Positions 59,158 through 64,000 of a stretch of 64,000 bases of DNA are shown in pieces. A model generated the notes under the pieces. It was given only the letters and a program-made list of their open reading frames with translations, was not told the origin of the DNA and made no database searches. Source of the stretch: a virus (Duplodnaviria > Heunggongvirae > Uroviricota > Caudoviricetes); IMG/VR virus record IMGVR_UViG_3300042889_002176, positions 20,554-84,553 of that record, one strand, 5' to 3'. Positions within the stretch are counted from its first letter, which is position 1, and each line of letters begins with the position of its first letter. A program made the translations under genes and the position numbers.

Positions 59158-59269
59158 TCTGCAACTCCGTGATATTTCAATTGTGGTCTACGCCACAGTA
59201 ACCATCCAATATACAGACCCTGTAGCCATCCAATTGCTAGACACATTAGTAATACCCAATCGTTCTGTG

Positions 59270-59500
59270 TCATAGTTCAACTCCAAAATGTTTCTTAATC
59301 AACTCCACAGCCTGCCCACGGCTGATCATATCACGCAACATAGGACTCAATGCTACACCGCATTCCTGCACAATCATGTCAGCGAACTTTTCAAGTTCAT
59401 CTTCCCAACACTCGGCAAATGCTCTAACAGGTTTTTCTGTTGGGTCATAGGTAAACTCAATGTTTGCTTTTTCAGCAAGTTGTCGAATTCGTTGGTTCAT
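59270..59500 (-). CDS. small paralog-family protein (MNQRIRQLAEKA...KFADMIVQEC...KHFGVEL)
   Basis: Internal ATG at 59500 matches the family N-terminus. Confidence 0.5.
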   Translation of the reverse strand: MNQRIRQLAEKANIEFTYDPTEKPVRAFAECWEDELEKFADMIVQECGVALSPMLRDMISRGQAVELIKKHFGVEL

Positions 59501-59703
59501 TCCGCAACTCCGAAATGTTCTTGAATCTTGGCATGGATCAACCATGTATATTCACATTCTTCTGTGTCGGGCGTGTGATACTTGGCAATATCCATACATT
59601 TCTTAACAATCAACTCGGCGAACTTTTCATTGTCAAAATGTAGTTGGCCTTCTGGACGCTTGTCCCAGCATTGTTCAGCCAACTCTTTAATTCGTGTGTT
59701 CAT
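59497..59703 (-). CDS. small paralog-family protein (MNTRIKELAEQ...KFAELIVKKC...EHFGVAE)
   Basis: Internal ATG at 59703, with a TGATG overlap with the upstream member. Confidence 0.5.
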   Translation of the reverse strand: MNTRIKELAEQCWDKRPEGQLHFDNEKFAELIVKKCMDIAKYHTPDTEECEYTWLIHAKIQEHFGVAE

Positions 59704-60080
59704 TAGTCTTGCCATTCTGATGGATGAAGTTTTGGGATATATCCGTATCTGCTGGCAACCTTTTTATTCTCTGCGGCAATAAATTCAGCTGCTTCTTGAT
59801 CCCAGTCTGACTGTGGTTTTGCAACGTCAAAATGGTCTGCAATTGACCGGGCCACCCAGGCCACTGCCGCATGTTGTGCAGGCTCATCTTCCAACATGTC
59901 ATCCACCCGGGCAACCTGGGCCAAACATTCAGCCACAATCAGTTCAGCGAACTTTTTGTTATACACATCACGATATTCTTCCATACATTGTTCGGTGTTA
60001 TGCACTCGTTCATAAATTCGCTTTTCATCTAGGGCATAGTTCCTAGCCTCAACGACAAGTTCTCGAATTCGTGTGTTCAT
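59703..60080 (-). CDS. paralog-family protein, long form (125 aa; MNTRIRELVVEA...KFAELIVAEC...DHFDVAK + C-terminal extension)
   Basis: Family N-terminus and core, with an extra ~40 aa C-terminal tail. Confidence 0.5.
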   Translation of the reverse strand: MNTRIRELVVEARNYALDEKRIYERVHNTEQCMEEYRDVYNKKFAELIVAECLAQVARVDDMLEDEPAQHAAVAWVARSIADHFDVAKPQSDWDQEAAEFIAAENKKVASRYGYIPKLHPSEWQD

Positions 60081-60307
60081 CATTCAACTCCGAAATGTTT
60101 TTCAATCTGATATACAGCAAATTCCGTTCCCATCTTCCACATTCTTTCATATTCATCTTCAGCAGGAACTTCGGCAGCCTCAGTATTAATAACTGATATA
60201 CATTTCTGAACAATCAACTGGGCGAACTTTTCTTTATCAAAAAGCCAACCATCACTGTTATTGTAAGATGTAGCCTGTTCGGCAAGTTGTTGAATTCGTT
60301 TGTTCAT
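60080..60307 (-). CDS. small paralog-family protein (MNKRIQQLAEQA...KFAQLIVQKC...KHFGVE)
   Basis: Family consensus. Confidence 0.55.
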   Translation of the reverse strand: MNKRIQQLAEQATSYNNSDGWLFDKEKFAQLIVQKCISVINTEAAEVPAEDEYERMWKMGTEFAVYQIEKHFGVE

Positions 60308-60504
60308 GCATTTTCTCCTGTGTAGCCCCAGAACTTGGTGTAGGATTCGCCCACCTTGTATCTGCCATTGTCTCGCAAAACAGTTTGAGCATCCAGGCGT
60401 ATGACCAGATCGCCTTTGTTTATCTCTCCAACCGCCCAGGCTGGCACTCGGACCACAACATCAATACGCCGCTTTATCAAGGTGTAGGGATGGGTCACTT
60501 TCAC
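60304..60504 (-). CDS. hypothetical protein (66 aa)
   Basis: ORF inserted between family members, coupled at both ends. Confidence 0.4.
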   Translation of the reverse strand: MKVTHPYTLIKRRIDVVVRVPAWAVGEINKGDLVIRLDAQTVLRDNGRYKVGESYTKFWGYTGENA

Positions 60505-60719
60505 GATTCGACTCCAAAGTGTTCTTTTATAACCTTGCCGATTTCGTAATCATCATCAGCAGTTAACCCGACCTCGCGTCTAAAATCAATATTAGCACAT
60601 TCCCGCACAATCAACTCGGCGAACTTTGCTTGGTCAACCTTAGAAAACACCCATACACGGTTTTCGGGATCAACTGCTTTAGTTGCCTGTTTCAGTAGTT
60701 CTCGAATTCGTTCGTTCAT
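60501..60719 (-). CDS. small paralog-family protein (MNERIRELLKQA...KFAELIVREC...EHFGVES)
   Basis: Family consensus. Confidence 0.55.
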   Translation of the reverse strand: MNERIRELLKQATKAVDPENRVWVFSKVDQAKFAELIVRECANIDFRREVGLTADDDYEIGKVIKEHFGVES

Positions 60720-60964
60720 TTTGCAACTCCAAAAGCGTCAGCGTCAGCATCATCCAGTCGTTCAGCAATGTTCAGGAAGTTTTCGCAGTATTCTCGCATG
60801 AGATCGTAACTGCGCTTTTCGTCACGGCTCAGTTCCAGTTCAGCCATGGTCTCGGCTGCATCCATGGCCTCCAGGCACTGACGCAGATCGTTTGCGGTGT
60901 TTTGAAACATGCAGTAGCTCATGTTCATATTGCTCTCCTTAGGCAAATTCGTAAAATTTAACAC
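60716..60964 (-). CDS. hypothetical acidic protein (82 aa; ends ...DADADAFGVAK)
   Basis: ORF; the true start may be an internal Met (MNMSYC...). Confidence 0.4.
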   Translation of the reverse strand: MLNFTNLPKESNMNMSYCMFQNTANDLRQCLEAMDAAETMAELELSRDEKRSYDLMREYCENFLNIAERLDDADADAFGVAK

Positions 60965-61196
60965 CAGGATCCAACTGCTTGAGCTCTTTGGCTGCGGCAG
61001 TCAAGGCCCGGTAGCGGGTCTGCACCTGACTACGGCTCAGTTCACCATCGCAGGTCAAATTCTCAGGACTGAGATCTGCATCAATGCTGTTGGCAATACT
61101 CTGACGATCCGCAGCCACCTGCAGGCTCAGAGCCTTTTGTCCAAACAGTTTGGCAAAAGAATTTTTACGATCCAAATAAGTGTTCAGTGCTGACAT
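60939..61196 (-). CDS. hypothetical protein (86 aa)
   Basis: Internal ATG (MSALNTYLDRKN...) with an SD (aaggag) and consensus promoter P6 upstream. Confidence 0.45.
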   Translation of the reverse strand: MSALNTYLDRKNSFAKLFGQKALSLQVAADRQSIANSIDADLSPENLTCDGELSRSQVQTRYRALTAAAKELKQLDPGVKFYEFA

Positions 61197-61221
61197 AGTG
61201 ACTCCTTGTTGCGATGTGTAT

Positions 61222-61251
61222 ATTATAGCATTTTGGTGATTTATCGTCAAC
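61222..61251 (-). promoter_or_regulatory. sigma70-like promoter P6 (TTGACG-17-TGCTATAAT)
   Basis: Exact 17-nt spacer with an extended -10. Confidence 0.55.
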
Positions 61252-61255
61252 CGTT

Positions 61256-61531
61256 TTACATTGACCAGTAAGTTTCTGACGCAGGGTTGCAACACCAAGG
61301 CGTGTCTGCATCAATTTCCACCGGAGCGCCGCTCATCAGGTTCTTCACAGTCATCTTGGGAGCCCGGTAAGTGTCACGGCTCACAATGTTCAGTTGGTCC
61401 ACGCTCCAACCTGCTTTGCGGCACAAACGAGTCCGGGTGGCGTGAGCCGCAGGGAAAGTTTTGTATGCACGAGTCTTGTTAGGACCGTCTGTTACGATTA
61501 AACCAGTACCTTTAGCAACGATATAAAACAT
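61256..61531 (-). CDS. hypothetical protein (91 aa)
   Basis: ORF with an SD (aggag) and promoter P7 upstream. Confidence 0.5.
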   Translation of the reverse strand: MFYIVAKGTGLIVTDGPNKTRAYKTFPAAHATRTRLCRKAGWSVDQLNIVSRDTYRAPKMTVKNLMSGAPVEIDADTPWCCNPASETYWSM

Positions 61532-61560
61532 TCTGACTCCTGTTTGCTGTTTAAGTATTA

Positions 61561-61590
61561 ATTATAGCAGAATGGGCATTTTGGGTCAAC
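61561..61590 (-). promoter_or_regulatory. sigma70-like promoter P7 (TTGACC-17-TGCTATAAT)
   Basis: Exact 17-nt spacer with an extended -10. Confidence 0.55.
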
Positions 61591-61991
61591 CGAAATAATG
61601 TTGCTAAAAAACAACAAAAATTGCCGGTTAAATCAGGGTAATGTATTAGTAGAAACCATGAGAGTCTCATGGTAAATACTGAGAAGGAACAGCAATGTTG
61701 AAAACTCTAGTGAATCTACTAAAAAAGATATTCCCGGGAACTGATGCCCATTCTTGCATGGAACAGTACTTGATCAGCAAGAATATACAAACTGCTGGAG
61801 AAGCAGATTACTGGCAACGCCAGTTTGAAATACGTCAACACAAAAGATGGCTATGATGAAAAAATTATTTAATTCGGTATTTGATTACTTGTGCGCAATT
61901 GGTGATGTTCTTTATGAATACCGCCGCTTGGACCGTCGCCACTATTACTAAACTTGTTGTCAAACATGATGACCTTTGATTTCTGCAATAG

Positions 61992-62528
61992 CTAGCCTGC
62001 GTACCAGACCTCATCAAAGCCCTCTTCTAACGTTGGCATTTCAAAATTATTAATCATGTTCTGAACAACTTCGTCCGGGATTACCTTGCCCGGACGACTT
62101 GCTAACCGCCGAGTCAATTCGTCTGGCTCGGGAGTTCGAAACACCACTGCAATGTGCTTGTAGTTGGGCAACTCAACAAACTTTTTCCTGCGGCTTTTAA
62201 CTGTGGTGCTGGTCTGGTCCCACACAATGTCCAGCCCAAAAGCTGCTGCCATATTAACATTTACCATCATCTGCTTGACAGCAGTGGGCATGTATTCCTC
62301 AAACACTTCACTGTATGTTTTATCCTGATCTTGAGCGTATGCTTCTACATGCTGATCTGTAGAAACATACTTGTGATCTTTTTTATCTTTGCCCAACCAA
62401 TCTTGATTGCGGTACCAGGTACTCTTGCCGGAGCCTGGCACTCCTACCAATATGTATACAGTTGACACCTGATTGTCGTTGCTATTAATCAGGATAAGAT
62501 CTTTTACGGGGTGCAGCAGCAGCGTCAC
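61992..62528 (-). CDS. P-loop nucleotide/polynucleotide kinase (T4 Pnk kinase-domain-like)
   Basis: Walker A ILVGVPGSGKSTW. The downstream region (...RRKKFVELPNYKHIAVVFRTPEPDELTRRLASRPGKVIPDEVV) resembles the kinase half of phage Pnk. There is no phosphatase domain. Confidence 0.55.
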   Translation of the reverse strand: MTLLLHPVKDLILINSNDNQVSTVYILVGVPGSGKSTWYRNQDWLGKDKKDHKYVSTDQHVEAYAQDQDKTYSEVFEEYMPTAVKQMMVNVNMAAAFGLDIVWDQTSTTVKSRRKKFVELPNYKHIAVVFRTPEPDELTRRLASRPGKVIPDEVVQNMINNFEMPTLEEGFDEVWYAG

Positions 62529-62736
62529 GCATGAGGTATTCGCGGCCTACTTTTCCTTGCTCAATTTCCAACAAGGCAGTGACGCCGTGCCCGTGTTTGC
62601 TTGGGACTCGAGCCAGGTGGCCTCGAGCTAGTTCTCGCATGCGTAAAGACGCAATCAAGACCAAATCGTAACGATTGCCAACAGCTTCTACAGCAGCCTG
62701 GCTAGTGAGCCCAGCAGTTCTTTCAAAATCTCTCAT
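62485..62736 (-). CDS. RNA polymerase omega subunit (RpoZ)-like protein
   Basis: AVEAVGNRYDLVLIASLRMRELARG...GVTALLEIEQG aligns by eye with the E. coli RpoZ core ([26 protein letters not shown]...TVIALREIEEG). Confidence 0.5.
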   Translation of the reverse strand: MRDFERTAGLTSQAAVEAVGNRYDLVLIASLRMRELARGHLARVPSKHGHGVTALLEIEQGKVGREYLMRDAAAAPRKRSYPD

Positions 62737-63020
62737 GGTGTACTTTCTGATGTTTTTCCGTTTGAATGACGTTTGCGTACTGCATCAGTGTCCTGAAACA
62801 GTCGCTTCTCTTGTGTAGTAGGTTCGTTGAACACCTTGCGTGGGTTACCGCACATCATGCATCGGGGATCACCGCAGTTCATGGCATGATGTTTGGCAAA
62901 CCTATGAGGTTCCTCAACATTGCTTCCATACTGTTTTGCAATCCTGGTCTGCTTTTTTACGGCTGACTCATCACTGAGGCGGCGCCTTGAGTTTTTGAAT
63001 CGGTCTTGTTCAGTGCTCAT
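62733..63020 (-). CDS. hypothetical basic protein (95 aa) with CxxC...CxxC pair
   Basis: ...HAMNCGDPRCMMCGNPRK...; its stop overlaps the rpoZ-like start (ATGA). It is the first gene after P8. Confidence 0.5.
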   Translation of the reverse strand: MSTEQDRFKNSRRRLSDESAVKKQTRIAKQYGSNVEEPHRFAKHHAMNCGDPRCMMCGNPRKVFNEPTTQEKRLFQDTDAVRKRHSNGKTSESTP

Positions 63021-63050
63021 TGAGTTCCTTGTGAATCTACACTATGCTGC

Positions 63051-63080
63051 ACTATAACACACTCAGCACAAGACGTCAAC
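63051..63080 (-). promoter_or_regulatory. sigma70-like promoter P8 (TTGACG-17-TGTTATAGT)
   Basis: Exact 17-nt spacer; the leader carries an SD (aaggaa) before the ATG at 63020. Confidence 0.45.
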
Positions 63081-63199
63081 TGCTTTGGCAAACTGTCCCA
63101 AAGCCACCGGTCAAATTAAACCAGGTCTACTGCTGGTGTATTAAATACATGTGTACAGAATAGTTTTGTACACAAGTTTCTAACCTTAAGGAAAATACC

Positions 63200-63391
63200 A
63201 TGAAACAACTTATCGCTATTATCGCTACCCTGACCGTTGCTACTGCATTTGCTCAAGCACCTGCTGCTGCTCCTGCTGCTGCAAAACCTGCTGCCGCTCC
63301 TGCTGCTGCTCCTGCTGCCAAGAAAGAAGAAGCCAAAAAGCCAGCAGCTAAAAAAGAAGAAGCCAAGCCTGCTGATTCAGCTAAGAAGTAA
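63200..63391 (+). CDS. small secreted/low-complexity protein (signal peptide + PAAA / KKEEAK repeats)
   Basis: MKQLIAIIATLTVATAFA | QAPAAAPAAAKPAAAPAAAPAAKKEEAKKPAAKKEEAKPADSAKK, with a strong SD (ttaaggaaaatacc ATG). Confidence 0.5.
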   Translation: MKQLIAIIATLTVATAFAQAPAAAPAAAKPAAAPAAAPAAKKEEAKKPAAKKEEAKPADSAKK

Positions 63392-63462
63392 TGATTACGA
63401 GTGTGAAGATTCTCCAGGACCGTTGGGTTCTGATCAGTCAGATTTTCACACTTGTTATCTGT

Positions 63463-63490
63463 GTCCAAAAGTTTTTAAAACTTTTGGACT
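63463..63490 (+). terminator. perfect 26-bp palindrome between convergent genes (bidirectional terminator candidate)
   Basis: gtccaaaagttttTAAAacttttggac; the AT-rich stem gives low terminator confidence. It could instead be a protein-binding site. Confidence 0.35.
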
Positions 63491-63507
63491 CCATTAATAC
63501 AAGATTA

Positions 63508-63996
63508 TCAAATGAAATATTTTTGATTGTCAAAAAGCCAGCGATAAATTGGTGTTGAAAACGGTATTGTAGTTTGACCGTCTTTGCCCATGAATTCTCC
63601 AGCAATGTTCATGTGTTGAGTGCTGTCCTGATACGTGCCAGTGCACTCTATGACTTTGCTCAAAGGCAGATGTTCAATCGTAAAGTCAGTCATTGATATC
63701 ATAACATTTTTTTCTGCCAGTTGATCCAGGCCCTGCACTGTCACAGTCAGTTGGTGAGCCTGCAGATCTTCAGTATCTTCAAACAGCCAGGTCAACTTCA
63801 ACGGTTCCCTAATAACTCCAGAAAAAATCTCTTGCTGATTGAGTCGCACTGTGGTGATCACTGTTGTCCAACGATCACAGAAAGTAGTGTCCCATATTTG
63901 CCCGGTTAGTTTGCCCATTGACATCCGCATGCTTAATTCACCAGTTTTGGTTACCAATGGCTTGTTTTGTTTTATAAAATCCCAGTCAGTTAACAT
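63508..63996 (-). CDS. hypothetical protein (162 aa)
   Basis: ORF convergent with the small secreted-protein gene. Confidence 0.5.
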   Translation of the reverse strand: MLTDWDFIKQNKPLVTKTGELSMRMSMGKLTGQIWDTTFCDRWTTVITTVRLNQQEIFSGVIREPLKLTWLFEDTEDLQAHQLTVTVQGLDQLAEKNVMISMTDFTIEHLPLSKVIECTGTYQDSTQHMNIAGEFMGKDGQTTIPFSTPIYRWLFDNQKYFI

Positions 63997-64000
63997 ATTG

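Noticed and set aside
50862-60735. Periodic ~15-20 bp direct-repeat motif (ttcaactccaaaatg) spaced every 200-400 bp, superficially CRISPR-like
   Set aside because: Spacing is irregular. Every copy lies at a gene junction, where it encodes the HFGVE C-terminus and SD of paralogous small genes. No leader sequence and no repeat-unit regularity are present, so it is not a CRISPR array.
61695-61972. Two tiny + strand ORFs (53 and 31 aa, ATGA-coupled, SD gaagga) and an overlapping 32-aa - strand ORF in the 460-bp gap between 61531 and 61992
   Set aside because: The frames are mutually exclusive. The sequence alone gives no way to choose between them, and the products have no recognisable features, so I left them unannotated. 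The gap may instead hold regulatory RNA or the 5' UTR and promoter region of P7.
62485-63020. Possible host (bacterial) DNA or prophage boundary suggested by an rpoZ-like gene next to a P-loop kinase (gmk-rpoZ-like arrangement)
   Set aside because: The kinase has the GSGKSTW Pnk/AAA_33-type P-loop rather than the guanylate kinase signature. The genes overlap by ATGA in phage fashion. The same consensus early promoter type used across the phage region precedes them. I therefore treat the gene as phage-encoded, though this needs a database check.
63392-63462. Weak inverted repeat (gtgtgaa...ttcacac) after gene 63200-63391 as a terminator
   Set aside because: The stem is only ~7 bp with a ~45-nt loop and no T-tract. 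The perfect palindrome at 63463-63490 is the better candidate.
1-64000. tRNA genes, rRNA, transposase/integrase, homing endonuclease, CRISPR
   Set aside because: No cloverleaf-compatible segment (GTTC.A..C T-loop with matching acceptor stems) noticed in intergenic regions. No integrase, transposase or HNH/GIY-YIG motifs recognised in any ORF translation.

Overview
The window reads as a tailed-phage (myovirus-like) genome segment with a T4-style baseplate/fibre module. It contains no rRNA, tRNA, CRISPR array or transposase that I could see.

Bases 1-24,295 on the + strand form a late structural block. It holds a 5'-truncated beta-helical spike-like protein, a gp25-like baseplate wedge protein, a 1,143-aa gp6-position protein, and a single 4,886-aa ORF. 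That giant protein carries FG-GAP/integrin-alpha-like propeller repeats and Gly/Tyr-rich repeats. Two fibre-like proteins close the block. It ends with a strong intrinsic terminator followed by a leaderless-type promoter.

Bases ~24.3-46.2 kb form a ~22 kb, tightly translationally coupled glycan/aminosugar tailoring island. It encodes six tandem radical-SAM paralogs, each with an unusual N-terminal Cys-rich (twitch/SPASM-like) module. It also encodes three DxD GT-A-like and three TEK-motif (GT10/fucosyltransferase-like) glycosyltransferase candidates. The tailoring enzymes are a NodU/CmcH-type carbamoyltransferase, an amidinotransferase-superfamily enzyme, a DegT-type sugar aminotransferase and an NAD-dependent epimerase/dehydratase. 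A 732-aa protein in the island has near-identical internal repeats.

Bases ~44.2-63.0 kb on the - strand form an early-type region. At least eight near-consensus sigma70-like promoters (TTGACN-17-TGnTATAAT) drive it. It contains thyX, a cobS/cobT-like MoxR AAA + VWA pair, an SPFH lipoprotein, an AbrB/MazE-like protein, a Pnk-like P-loop kinase and an RpoZ (RNAP omega)-like protein. About 12 small paralogous proteins (MNxRIxELAEQA...KFAELIVxEC...HFGVE) form an expanded family there. Their conserved C-terminal codons double as the ribosome-binding site of the next gene. Many tiny (<60 aa) membrane-peptide genes lie below the ORF-track threshold.

All functional calls rest on motif recognition by eye; none was database-verified.
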